Source: Azolla caroliniana
Taxonomy: Eukaryota; Plantae; Polypodiophyta
Assembly (NCBI GenBank): GCA_043228905.1
Contig: JBHGNT010000010.1
Span: 15,190,001 to 15,254,000, forward strand
DNA length: 64,000 bases
Direction of reading: 5' to 3'
Below are positions 50,840 to 64,000 of this stretch, in pieces (positions within the stretch are counted from its first letter, which is position 1; each line of letters starts with the position of its first letter). The notes beneath the pieces are model-generated. The model was not told the origin of the DNA. It searched no databases and saw only the letters and a program-made list of their open reading frames with translations. The translations under genes were made by a program, and so were the position numbers.

Positions 50840-52858
50840 TGTTGCGAAGATTAGCACACACATGTCATCTGGGCGGAGGGTCTCGAACCAAGGAGCGACC
50901 AAAGGGGTCAAGCAACTTGCTCCTTTCGACTCATGAAGCTTCAAGCTCATCCGGTGTCTTTCAACTACGTTTCCGACCGCTTCTCCTTCAGGCCAGGTCA
51001 ACTTCTATCGCCTCACCTTTCGGCCATGTTGGGTCATGGCAAAATCGGCTTGTTTGTGGTCAGCCTTTGGCCCGTCGGCTTCCGGCTTTTCAACCTCTGC
51101 TCGTACCTCACAACGCCAACACCAACTTCGACTGAGGAAAACAACATCCGAAAACAGGAACCAAAAGTCACACCACAATACCAAGTCCTAAATCTTATAC
51201 AAATAAATTTACCACGGCGACAATTAATGCTGCACTCAACAAGGCTCAACGATACAACGGCTAAAAGGTGTAGAAGATAGAGAAAGAAAAACGAGGGAGG
51301 GCCCGATAATGACCACGACTCCCCATTAGTGTGCTTAGACACGAGCACTCTCCCACGCTAACAACAAACACTTGGGCTTGCAACGTTGAATGCAAGAGCT
51401 CACACCAACATCTCAACAACACACGAATGAACCACCCGATCGGTGCGCACTCGGGTTCACTATTGCAAATGGGTACCTGCAATAGAGAATGAGAGGGGAA
51501 AGTACAAGAGAGTGAAGAGTGTATTGAAAGAAGAAAAAGTAAAAGAGAGGTAAGAGCACAAGAATGTGTGCACATAGACTCACGCAAGAGTGTGAAAAGT
51601 GAGAGAGGAAGGGCCACATGTGTGGCACATAGCCCCAAACAATTAGGACTTTTAATGGTCTTCATTGGAGGCCAATATTCCTCTCTTGAAAAGGAGAGGA
51701 AATATTTCCCTCATTAAATGTAGAGTGGCGCCCTCCACCCTTGAGAACACTATAAGAAGGTGAGGAGTGTCACTCAAAAGCTTCTTCCATCTTTTGGCAA
51801 ATTTAGGTTCTTAGGTTTCCTTTATATATCCCTCTCTCTCAATCTCTTCTTGCTCTCTCGAGTTAACTCACACCCGTCTTCACACCACAAGGCATGGATT
51901 GGCGTTGCGATCCGAGGGCACCCATTCACCATAGCGAGCCTGAGTGCTCACAAACTGGGTGGTTCGTTCGTGTGCAACTTAGGTGTTGGCGTGAGCTCCC
52001 GCGTGAGCCATTGCAAGCTTGAGTGCTTGCCGTTTGCAAGAGTGGGCAATCGTGGTCGTCGTCAAGCCATCCCCCCTCATTTCTTTTATCTATCTCATCA
52101 CTTCCTTATCCGTTGTTAACTCCAAATATTACACGTATTTTCGTCTTGACAAGTTCAACACCGTGGTTGCCACCATTGTAAATATCTTATTTGATAGATC
52201 TTGCCAATTCATGTAAGAGTTATACCTTGGAATTGTCGCGTAAGTTTTGTTCCCGTTTTCTTGACATGTTTGGCATTGTTTAACTTGCAAGCAAGTGTTG
52301 GGGTCTTTTGGTGAAGGATAGCCGTTAGCTGTGATGCCGTCCGCCAACATTCACAATGGTTCACATCGTACCCGGAGTTTTACATTTGTCGAACGTTGGT
52401 CAAGCCGGACAATCGACAAGAGACTCATCCAACATCCAACGTACGAATAAGGGCTCAACAAACGTTCCAAAGTTTGATGAGTAGCTCAATGGACGCTCGA
52501 TGTTCAACGAGCTCAAGAAGCGGAAAGCCATCAGCCCAAGAGCCGACAACCGATACGCGAGGAGCCAAAATCCGTCAACCGAGAGCCAACAACTAGGAGG
52601 CTGAAGCCAATACAGCCTGGACAAACCAAAAGTCGCCGGCCTAAGAGCCAACGATAGACAACGCAAGGGCAGTAACCGATTCGGCCGAAAGCCGAACTGA
52701 CCGAAGACTGGCCCGTCGAACAGCCGACACGCCCAAAAGCAAACACGTCCAATGTGCAAGAAGGTTGTAGGGAGCAAGTTCACTCATCTTCCGTCGCCCT
52801 AGCAGGAGACCCCCATAGTCCCGCCCAGCCAACCCGCAAGCGCGAAATATTCGCGACA
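50840..52858. mobile_element. Composite of LTR-like fragments bounded by TGTTGCGAAGATT…AATATTCGCGACA
   Basis: 11/13 terminal inverted match and CpG-rich. Contains an inverted pair, 51275-51482 / 51910-52095. TSD is not convincing (GCCAT vs GCGGT). Confidence 0.45.
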
Positions 52859-53208
52859 GCGGTATTCAATATATTTGCTAAACTAGGACTCAGACATTTC
52901 TTTTGTATCGGCCCTTGGTGCATAATCCCAAAATTAACTAACAATTCTTGGAAGGCTATGAACCATGAATCGTGAAAGTTAGCATGCATACTTTTGACAA
53001 TACCAATCTGGTTAGATTCAAATTCAACATAGCCGATATCCACAACACCTTATGCTTCCCCACCAAGGACACTCCCTTCACCACGAAGAAGCCGCCAGAG
53101 ATAGTAGCAGAATTATTCAAAGTAATCAACAAATGCAAAAGTGCATTGACATATGAATCCATCACATAACCAGCATGCTTAATAGAATAAACACTAATAA
53201 AAAAGTAC

Positions 53209-53816
53209 CTCGCCACGATGCACACTCGAAGTATATGTCTCATAATATTCCCTCAATGCATCCAAGACAGCCATAGGCTTCTGTTACGTGGCAGCATTAT
53301 CAACATACACTAATATGAACAATTCACCTCCTGAAACAAAGGAAAGAGCATTAATGGGTGAGCAAAAACAGAAAGAAGAGATGACAACAACACTTAAATT
53401 TGGGTGTTTAAAGTTTCAAATGAGAACTAAACATTTTTATTGTATAAATAAAACTCAAAGAATTGCTCAATGTTTCAAAAACTACATAAAGGGTCCATTT
53501 TTAAAGATGAAACTGGATATTCAATGCAAAGTTCCAAATGAACTTTTAGTCCATTTTTAAAGATTTCCGGCTTCAAAATCGGAAAGATCTCCTCGGCTCA
53601 AATCGCCGAGAGTGGTCTCTGAAAAGGCCATCAAAGAGGGGAAATGAAACAGCAGATGGAGTAACAGGCGACACCGCCATGGTGCTTCTGTTATTGTTTT
53701 ACCTTTTCTGAATGGAAGAACGTCGGAGGAGAACAGATACATGAGGGCGAGGGCCATGCTGTTCCTGCAAAGGGAAGAAGACTGAAGAAGGAAACCCTAA
53801 CTATGGATGGCTCCAT
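53209..53816 (-). pseudogene. NFS2: Truncated pseudogene of plastid cysteine desulfurase (SufS/CpNifS), exons 1-2
   Basis: Exon 53330-53209 reads EVNCS/fs/[33 protein letters not shown]. The upstream exon ends TLGDLSRGD/fs/FPILK and is preceded by transit-peptide-like sequence. An intron is retained, with acceptor TTTCAG at 53331. Confidence 0.85.
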
Positions 53817-56769
53817 TATCAAAATCAAATAAATACTCAAATCTGTTTCTGGGGTTTTGTTTTCTTTCTTTCTTTTTATGCAGGGAGGAGGGTTCATGAG
53901 GGGTTTTGAGGGGATATGGACTCTCTGGGCCGCCGGACAAAGCGCCCATCTCCGATGTCCGCCCAATTCTTACATACATGTCCGCTCGTTAAGACCATCC
54001 GGTATGTATTCCCCACCTGCGTATACGCTGCTTGTTGTGTCATCCATCCGTTCCCGTAGGTGCACCCCCAATTGAGGATATAGTAGGTGATGCAATATTT
54101 CAGGGTGAATCACGAAGATCAGTGGTCTACATTAAAACATTGGCACGATGGTTGCTAGGAATATGTTGAATCAAAGGGGTAAACCAACATATGACTCGAT
54201 CACAAATATTTGTTTTCATTCCCTAGAAAATCAGTCTAACATTCAAATATGCACTCCTCTTTTATCTCATGGTTACTTTTGAAATGTCGTCAACGATTTG
54301 TTGTGGTTTCTTTTGTGGGAAATAGCACAGTCTCTTACATATTAGTGTCCACTTTGAATACATCGATCATCATGCCAACTAGGTTAAATAATGTCCCCAC
54401 CATCTTTCAACATGGTGCATCTTTCACAAATACATGAACAACTTTATGTTGGTCTCTCTCTTGATGGAATCCTACTCCCAAAACCAAAAGGAGGGATTAC
54501 AGTCGTCAAAGTGAGCAAATATATAACTTCTATGCCAAGTTATAGCATTGCAAGTTTCAACCAAAATTTGTGAAATTCCTTGGTTATAATATGGTTTCCC
54601 CTAAGGGTGTCACTATGAATCAAAAGAATGTCATGATCATTCATTTGTAGGCATCTCCATCATTGGTCACATGGAAAAAACACATCTTTTGGATGAGCCC
54701 CCTTGGCTCATTTTATAGGTTTCAAAAGCTAATTTGCATCTAATACAACAAAATGTTGACATGAGAGATCAATTTAAACGCTTAGCCCAAGAAGATGGTG
54801 CAAGGCACACCCGGGCCTACAACACTCCACACCACCTTTCTTAAAACCTCAACGTGCATTTCCTTGAAGCCAAGAAATGCAACGAAGGGCAAGGAATACA
54901 AAAACAACTAGAGGAAACCCTCCAGCATACTAGGGCAAAATGGCAGCATGAAATGGACAAGCCACCCTATTGCATAGTTAACTCTCGATCTAGTTTATCC
55001 AGCTAAAGAAAGCCACTCAGCATGCACAACAACAACACATTGAGGAAAACAAGTTGATTAAGGCACAATTTGAGAACACGACCAAAGAGCTCACAAACAA
55101 AACAAGTGACCTCGTCTAGGTCACGAAGTCGATGCCCTCAAAAAGACATTCGACAACTTTAGTCCAGACGAGTTATTCTACTAAAAAAGATAATCGTTGT
55201 GACAGACCACACTAACCACGTAACCACAATCTACCATGAGAATTTAGCAAAGTTGGAAAGGAAACGTGCATCCCACGCATGGCCAAACAAGCAGCGGAAC
55301 AACTTTTCATGTTGCACCAATTACCAAATCCCCAAACAATCCAAGTGGCTCAATCCCACTTGAGCACATTGAGGGAGAACCAAAGATCCCCACAAGTAGC
55401 TATGCGAAGGTTATGAAATCTCATATGGCTCAAGCATTAATGGTCCCAATTAATGGAGTTATTCATTGCTCTTTGTACATCTAGAGCCATGTTAGAGCAA
55501 ATGAATTTGGCCCTCAAGGTTTTGGCAACAACACAAAGGGTGTTCGAAAACCTATCCATGGTGAAGGAATGGGCAAATTTCATAGAAACCATCCCAAAAG
55601 TAAACCATCAACTTGCCTTGTTTATGTTGTACCCTGGGACAACCACCAATGAACTCCCACCATGGGTAATCTCTTTCCAGAACACCTTCCTCTCTAATTC
55701 CTCATCGGCATGACCCTACTACACACAACAATCACCAAGCGAATGGATATCTCCAACCTAGTATGTTTGGCATATCCAAAGGACCTAACCATGCAAGTCA
55801 CTAAAGGACAACTAAAGAACCTCTTCGCCACTCTCCTAAAACTCCACAAGATTGTTGGAGATCTTGTTGAAGCCATACCCGAGAATCAAGACGGTTTGGT
55901 ACAATTGCTCGGGCTCACCTTACTGGTGTGAGCATGGTAGACAATGTGGGACAACGCTTACAGGACCAACATATTTAGCATCAACAATGAGCACCCATTG
56001 TTCGATCGAGCTTGAAGAAAAAGACATTAGCCTAATCCCAAGGTACCACGACACCTCGAAAGATTACCAAACCATGGCCTTTGAGAAAATATATGCTTGA
56101 GCTATAACCGACCACCATAAACTCTGCCAACATAAACCCTAAATTGTCAACTTGTTGGTTTGTGGGCCCACATCAACATTTTGCCCGCCAACTACAAATA
56201 GGATTTTGAAACAATGATTGACATGAGGTCACACTTGCATACATTAGTTTTAGTAGAGCACCTCATTCACTCTTCGTTAGCTACGTCACCTCCGTCCGCA
56301 TGGCTAGTCAAAAATTTCAAAGAGTTCTTCACAACCACATATTAGATTCAAGATATTCGACTTCTCTCCTTCAACATCCAATGCATCCACCCCCATTTTG
56401 TCCTCAACATTCTCCCAACCAACCACCAAACCCAGCATTCTCTGTCCTCAACACCCCCAATCCCCCTCCTTTGCAACAACCACCTCAAACCATGACACAC
56501 TCCTAGTGTTGTGCACTTATTAGGTGGGGAGGTGTCAAGTACTTGCCCCCCGAGACACAAGTTATGAAGACAACGATACCAATTGTTAGCTATAAAGGGC
56601 GACTAGGAGTAGGAAGGGGGCGAAAGGCCAGACAAGTGTGTAGTCGTAGCCGAAGAGCCAAATTGTTATGGGCATGACCATATAATATCCCGTGGTGAGA
56701 ATTTACCGTAGTATTCTATACACGTGGATAAGTGTGAGGGTTAAACGAGAGTGTAAAGAAGGGGAAGAT

Positions 56770-57100
56770 TACTTTTAATCCTCGGGATTGAGACAACCCA
56801 TTAGGCCAAGTGTGAAATTGCATGGCCTTGGGTATCGCTATAAATAAGAGGCCTAGCTACCCTCATTTCATGATCTTTTGACTCCGTTGAGACTCTGTTC
56901 TTGTGGTGGGTCAACTCTTGTAGCGAGCGCCCCGGCATCAGGTACGACTCGACACCATGGCGGTGGTATGGGATGCCGATCGAGGCTCGAGTCCGTCTCG
57001 ATCCCTTCGCTCAGGGGTGGTCGGGTGGATCGACACCCTTCTTTCTCTCTCTCCTTTCTATCTAGATCTATCTTTTATCCTTATTTTATGCTTATATTAG
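56770..57100 (+). repeat. LTR-like dispersed repeat related to 12970-13300
   Basis: Collinear shared blocks, including TATA-like CTATAAATA. This copy retains more CpG. Confidence 0.6.
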
Positions 57101-57930
57101 TTCATATCTCTAATACAAATAGTAGGAAAGCCAAAATAATAATATGCCGAAAAATATAAAGTAGCAAATGTAAATAGTTAGTTAGAAACTGTTGTCGAAC
57201 GGCAATGAATTCTTGATGTAACTCTTCAAACGTGCTTCCTATATAAAGGGGCATGTGAATTCTTGTACAACATGTGGGTCTATAAGGGGATAGTTGGATT
57301 TTAATAGAGATATATATTTGAGAATAATGTGTTGCTGTATCTATGTTTTTGAGTTCAGAACTCAAGTGTGTTGTGCAAAGTCATCAATTGTAGCCAATTT
57401 GGACAACGTCTTGTATAAATATCCTTAAGTAGTTGATCATGCATATCTTACATAACTGATTGTCTATCAAATTCTTATTGTAAATTCCATTTCTCCAACC
57501 ACAACCTTTGGTGAAGGATATTTAGTGATTAAGTATCTGACCCGTGTTTTACTGAGAAGGTAAAACACCAACAAGAGATATTAAGCTCAACAAGACATTA
57601 ACAAAAGGAGAATAGAGTAAATCCCAATAGAAAGCTTTGTAGCCAATGGGTCACCTCATGTGAAGGTAACCCAACCCCTTTGTAAAAAGCTATAAAAGCT
57701 ACCCTTTGTTGACTTTTGTAATGCTTCTCCATCTGACTAGTGTAACATATTAAGAGCGCACACTTTATTCCCTTAATCTTTCATTTGAGTTAAGAGAGAC
57801 TAGGGTTAATATTTAATTAAGCCAAACGCTAATCACTCCACTCTTGTATGTGTGCTAAACTTTTTTGGTAATAAGAAGTGGTGTAATATTTACCTCTTGT
57901 CTTCTTTGTCAATTCATTTATTTCCATTAC

Positions 57931-60900
57931 GAGGGAGAGAGAGAGAGATTCTATTATCGTCTTCGGAGGTCAAATATCACATATGAGATAAAAAATGTTA
58001 TATTTCAAGTGATACATGTGAAAGTGAGTAGCGATTCTCAATGTTCAAGAAATTTGCCAATGAATGTTGCAATCGAATGTGCACTTTGTCTTGTGAGAGA
58101 AATTCGTGCAAGGCTTAGGCTTGGTCAAAGATGTGTGGAAAACATGGTCGAACATGATCAAAGGCAGAGCATTGTATCAAAGTGTGATACTCAAACTCTC
58201 TAATTTGTTTAGGGCAAAGTGTTCATAGTCGACCACTCTCATCAATTGTGCCCCCAATGCCTCGTCTCACATCGCAATGCATGTGAGCTAAGTAGCATGG
58301 AAGCAATGGTTCGAATGGCAAGTAACATGATGGGCTCTAACATGTACCGATGTTTACGATTTCCCCATTCCACGAAGAATATGGTTTTGTAGTTAGGTGC
58401 AACATCTGTAGTATAATGTGTGAAGCGTGAGCCTCCACATTTGTCCCATGTCATGATACATTGGCGTTGTAAAAAGGCCTCATTTACAAAGGAATCTAGT
58501 GATGCATCATGAGGCAAGTGCATTGCATCCCATCTACCAAACCATTTCCCCATATCTTGCATCCAACCAGCACACAATTTATTGTTTTTATGCATCTTTG
58601 GATCTTTTTGCTTGCTTCCCATGCAATTCTAGGAAGTTAATGTGAGGAACTTTTTTGAATCTTAAGCATGTATTTAACAACCCCTTCCATGGCCATGATC
58701 TCAATGGGAAGTGATCCCGTGTCCAGGAGGAGGGTGTGGCGTTTGTTTATTAACTTGTAGAAACTTTGTAAGAAAATGGGTTTGAACATTTTCAAACTCT
58801 TTCCAAGTAGATTTTGGGATATTACCACCCCATAGAGAAGCATAGGTGTCACTAAAGTGTCAAAAAGGTATTTCTTGAGGACCCAACACTTAATATCTCC
58901 ATGATTACATGTGCTCTCAAATGCATAATATGCTCTCTTTCCCACCTCTAAGCGTTGTGTAGCACATTCATTCCATCTATGATTTGAAGGAACTTCAAGA
59001 TCAAGAATCAAGATATTTGAAGCTCTCCACACATTCAAGTGGCTCATTATTGTACATAGTGCCTGATTTATCTTTAAATTTTTTTTGGCTCTTCACAAGC
59101 ATAATCTTTGTTTTATAGCTATTGACACTTAATTTAGTACATGCATACAAAAAAATTCCAAATTGAATGTCTTCATAAGCTTTTGTGCATCTCCTAAAGT
59201 ATTTGCAAAAAGCACTACATTATTCGCATATGGCAAAAGCATAATGACAACATTCCTAATGGCAACTTCTTCAAAACATTCTTCCTTTACAAACTTGGCA
59301 ACCATTTCCTCCAATTCATCAATGCATAGACCAAATAGTGTTGGTGAGAGTGGGCATCATTGCTTAACACCAAAAGTGCCATCGAAAAAATCTGAAAGTC
59401 TATCTCTCATACGCACACAACATATAGCCTTCTCATATATTCAGGAAATTGCAAACGTATATTCACTTGGCACCTTCAGTTCTTCCATTCGCTTCCAAAT
59501 GTCACGAATGGGCGGAATGAGGCTAAGTGCTAAGAGAGAGCGAGAGCATAAGCAAGACCACAAGATAGTCAAGGACAAGTAGATGAGGCTCAATATTAAG
59601 AGATAGCGGGAGAGAGAGCTTAGACAAGAGAACAAGCAAGAGAGAGAGAGAGAGAATAGACAAATAAACAAGAATTGTATATGCTTTCGTAACTGATGTT
59701 GTTCACCTTGATTGTAATCAAGGTGCACCTCAGTATTTATACAAGAATGTGGAGGTATGCATGAAAGCTAGAAGACTTCTAAAGAGTGCATGGAAACTTC
59801 TAGAGAGTGCATGAAGATGCATTCTCTAGAAGGTTCTTGAAAGTTCTAGTGATCAATCTATATTGCAATAAGTTGAATCTTATACAATACAATAATGCAC
59901 AGATGGATGTAACTCAACTGGCAAGGTTGCCCAATAAGACCAGAAGATCATCAGTGCAACCCCCACCATTCCATGTGGCATCCTGTCTATGACATTATCC
60001 TCCCTCTAAGGTTGCCTCTTTGGACCACCGGTTTTTGTGGATAACGTTCATGAAATGCTCGAACTATGTCTAGAGCATGCTTGAGTTGAGAATTTGGTCG
60101 ACCTCATATTCTTCTCCGGTTGAGAGTTGGATTGGTGGTGGAGGAGATGGGTGTCGATCGGGGATTTCAAATTTAAGGTGAGGTTCCAAAAGGGAGACAT
60201 GGAATACATTACGAATATAGATGTGGGATGACAGCTCTAAGTGGATAGCCATGGAACCAAATTTTCTCGATGATTCGGAAAGGGCTTAACTTCTTGTAAT
60301 CTAGCTTCAAACAAGGACGAGTGGTAGCAATATTGCAACGGAGAAGCCAAACAAAGTCACCTACCTCGAACCGGGGAGCATCTAAGCAAAGACGGTCAGC
60401 TTGCTCCTTGTAGCGTTCGCCAACGAGGGTGAGCTCCAAGGAAAGATCACAATGTACATCCTCCAAGAGACGGGCCCGGTCCTTCGCAGAAGGATTGACA
60501 AAGTCAGAGGGAAGTGAAATGTTGAAGGGGGATGGAGACCGTAGTTTGCAAAAAATGGAGTAACTCCTGTAGATGCATGCAGAGAGTGGAAGAACTCGGC
60601 AAGTGGAAGAAGGTCAACCCAGTTGTCTTGTTGGTAACTAAGAGAGCACTGCAAGTATTGTTCCAAGATTTGGTTGAATCTTATACAATACAATAATGCA
60701 TAGATGGATGTAGCTCAATTGACAAGGTTGCCCAAAAAGACAAGAAGGTCATGGATTCAATCCCCACCATTCCATGTGGCATCCTGTCTAGGACACCAAA
60801 GATACTCACAAGGTACCATATCAAAAGCTTTATTAAAGTCCACAAAACACCAATACAAACCTTTACCTCTAAGGCAACTTTCCTCCACTAATACTCTAAG

Positions 60901-63479
60901 GGCGACAAGGTGATCAATGGTGCTATGGTGTTTTTGAAAGCCAGCTTGTCCATAACTCTCTTACCATTTTTTTCAGTCCATGCACTTATCGTTGATTCTA
61001 TTATACATCCAAATAGTTTTGCCAGTGAGCCAACAATGATGATTTGATAGTTGTTTACATTATTTACATCTCTACCTTTATGTAAAGGTTTGATCCAATT
61101 TGTAGTCCAATCGTATGACATACCATGTTGCAATGCATGATTAAACATATTGCTTATCCATATATGTGCTTCCTTTCCCATCCATTTGAGCATTTCAACC
61201 TTTATACATTGAAGATCGCTTGCTTTTCAAGAGGCTAATTTCTTAAGTCCTATGCATATATATTCAATTGTAAAAAGGGAGACATATGTGATAGAGAACC
61301 ATAACACATCATCTTTCCGACAAGAGATAACTCATATAAATTCTTACAATGCATAGACAAGTCGTAAAGAGTTAAATCACCATAACTCTCAACACATTTC
61401 CCCTTTACATTTCCCCAAGATTTAGCACATGCATATGCTTTCTCTTGCGTTTGGAGAAATTGTTGAGTAACTTCCCATATTCTTCTCTTTCTTTGGATAC
61501 ACCTTTTCTACTCATGCAAATGCTTTTAGTAATTTTCTTTATCCTTAACTACATCCAAAATCATCAGGCACTTTCAAGCTTCATGACATTCTTTATCAAA
61601 CCATTTTTTCTTTGAGCTAATTTCTTAGTGCATTTCCAAGATGTGCGGTCTGTCAAAAAACATTTGTTGTGCATTAGAGAATGACTTTTGTAAAAGCTTC
61701 CCATTTGCATTCTAGTGTGGCATCATTTTGTATCGTTGTCATTTGTAACATATCCTCAACCATCTTGGAATACATGGGCACTCACTTAGGGTTCATGTTC
61801 AAGTGTGGTTGTTTATTATATTGAATGACCTTCTCACAATCAAACATGTGCATACATTTGAGGTCAATACATAAAGCCCTATGATTGGATTCCGATGTCC
61901 ATTCACCAAGTGAAAATTTATGTATATGGAAAGTAGCACATAGTCAATGACACTATTTCCATTGTGTTTTCTACATTGCACATTTGTAGGAGTAACTTCC
62001 CAAATTGGTTTGGATCTTTTTCATCATTAGAAAAGCAGCCATATAATTGTATATCGTCTTGCATCCTTGAGATATGTGGCATGAAAGACTCTTGTGCATC
62101 AAGTTGGAAACTTCCTGTGTGGATATTCATGTCACCAAAGACAATAACTTCCCCTTTGGATTTAAAATAAGCAATATCATCTTCTAGATTGGCAAAAGGT
62201 TGATCTTTATCCAAATATGCATAAAAGTTAGAATCTTAATGAGGAATGTAACATCCAACTACAAAAGTGGGCAAATCATTAGGTGTTTCTTTTTTGAGAT
62301 ATATGTAGCATTTATGTCCATCATTTTTTATGATTGACACATATTTCTCTATGTCCTTCTTAATCAAACGTGCCACCCCTCCTTGTCCTCTTCTTTGTCT
62401 TGAATTTTTTCCCCATATCAAAGAGTGTACATTATAGTTTCCTACACCTTGAATCCTTTGAGTATCATGATTTCATGTTTCAACAAGAAGTGTGATATCC
62501 GAGTCATCAGTGAACTCCTCTATGCAAAATGCCACATTCCATGGGTATCCATTACAATTCCAAAAGCATAGTCGTAGAAGACATGGGTTAATATCATAGG
62601 TCACGTGTCCCTATTGCCTACATTTTTGCCTTTAGGCACATCCTTAGCCTTAAATTTCAATCTTCATATGCTTTATGATGGGAATTTTGTTGTGAGATAG
62701 TACGATCTTCACTCACAAAGCATTGTGTACCATTGAGATATACCCAACTATTTTCAAGTATGCTCCGCCGCTTTGTATCATCCATCATTGTGCATACAAT
62801 AGGCCTTTTTGCGGAGTGAGTAACACCGTGTTTCCCAACTCGGTGTGCCCCATATACATTCACATCCGACATGCCATAATGCATGCTAAAGAATTCACCG
62901 ATGGCCTTTCCGAGGGATGTGGATGTTTCCATACTCTCCTCTTTAATCCCAGAGATGACAATGTTCTTTGATCATCGTTCACGCTCTTTCAATTCTCGGA
63001 GATCAATGCTTTCTATATTCTTCTCTTGATTCATCACATGAATATTAGATGAGTTGGATATAACATCCCCACCACATACATTAGCCCATGACTTCTTTGG
63101 GCATTCATTTTTCATCTCACTTACATCGTGTCCAAATTTTCTTCTTTTAACGCTTCCTTTAACTCAATCTTGTTAAGGTGCTCATTTATTTCGAAAGAAA
63201 CTCTCTTACATTCTTGAATCTCATCTTCAAGTTTTGCAACCATTTTCTTTAGACGCTCATTCTCAATGACAACAATTTGGAGCTTAGCATTCTCTTTCAT
63301 TAGTGTCCTAATCTCTTCACCTTGCTTGTTTATGATTTCTTGAAGAGAATCAAATGACTCATAAGCATTTTGTCCATTGTGACTAAGTTTATTGCATTGG
63401 CATCAAGAATCGTTGGTGATCGTGGCTCATTACCAACCATATTCCCTGACTTTCTCGCCAACTTACAAGTGTTTGCCAT
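57931..63479 (-). mobile_element. Decayed near full-length LINE (RTE-X-like) with ORF1 and APE-RT ORF2
   Basis: ORF1 has a coiled coil plus AHRVGK…KRPIVC…FVSEDRT. APE motifs: FWNCNG, LLVET, RGQGGVA, VFGDMN, SVIDYVL. RT motifs: IKPLHKG, DFNKAFDMVP, GVKQ*CPLSPTLF, YANN (YADD), LFDTLVTPMLLYG. There is a C-terminal Cys/His motif, and the 3' end reads AATAGAA(TC)n at ~57955-57931. Confidence 0.85.
59500..60795 (-). mobile_element. Internally deleted Ty3/gypsy chromovirus (Tcn1-like) inserted into the LINE RT
   Basis: TSD CCAAA (59495-59499, 60796-60800). Full LTR 59500-59994 with PPT just right of it (TAGAGGGAGGATAA on minus), and a partial LTR 60673-60795. Integrase C-terminus NQILEQYL…DNWVDLLPLAEF…TPFFANYG, VFHVSLLEP; chromodomain EEYEVDQIL. 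Confidence 0.92.
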
Positions 63480-63633
63480 TGTAGGACCAAACCATAAGAG
63501 AAGAATAGCTTTGAAACATGTTAGCTTTAGTTCAGTATAGAACTAATCGTCTTAGATCTTATTTTGAGCTTTGATTCAAGCCATAGCTGGTCAAAATCGG
63601 ACCTTGTATGACAAAGTAATGGCTAAAATCTTG

Positions 63634-63647
63634 AAGAGAGAGAGAGA

Positions 63648-63685
<38 letters not shown>
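63634..63685. repeat. Compound microsatellite (GA)n(TG)n
   Basis: Read directly from the sequence. Confidence 0.9.
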
Positions 63686-63687
<2 letters not shown>

Positions 63688-64000
63688 GCACTAATCACTA
63701 GGGTTAGTTAAGTTAGTAGCTCAAGAATGATTGTCAATAACTCTTGCTTGGTTCACTACCAATAGCTTATACGTCTGTCTGAACCCGTGGCCCGACAATA
63801 TCAACTAGAGGCATAACTCTTCTTAAGCCGTGTTCCAGTGTTGTGCACATGTAAACCATATGTTTATGATAGACAATCATTTTCTAATCACTCTTCTAAT
63901 TTCTTTATCAAGTTTCCTTGTTGTCCCCTTGTTTGTCTCTTGACTCTTGTTTCATGTTCCAAGGTTGCACCTAAGTCCGATGTTGCCTCATATGAATCTT

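Noticed and set aside
54700-56500. Fragmented plus-strand ORFs
   Set aside because: Probably decayed TE coding sequence, but no motif I can recognise supports a call.

Overview
This window is eukaryotic land-plant nuclear DNA, rich in transposable elements. The TE complement (RTE-X-like LINE, Tcn1-like chromovirus remnant, tRNA-Trp-primed LTR element) suggests a non-seed plant such as a fern or lycophyte; that assignment is inference. Positions 1-10 kb hold three nested minus-strand LTR retrotransposons. An intact, very young Ty1/copia (3834-9170) sits inside an older stop-riddled copia, which is also interrupted by a third element with a tRNA-Trp PBS. Two intact host genes are present: a 14-exon nucleobase-ascorbate transporter (NAT1/2 clade, 21892-27057) and an intronless LEA_2/NHL-type gene (32117-32701). 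Positions 40-53 kb are a scrambled graveyard of duplicated Ty3/gypsy fragments and several inverted repeats. The most striking feature is a ~1.74 kb near-complete palindrome inserted in one duplicate, whose apex is a degenerate minimal hammerhead ribozyme. A truncated plastid cysteine desulfurase (NFS2/SufS) pseudogene and a decayed LINE carrying an internally deleted chromovirus end the window. All alignments were done by eye.
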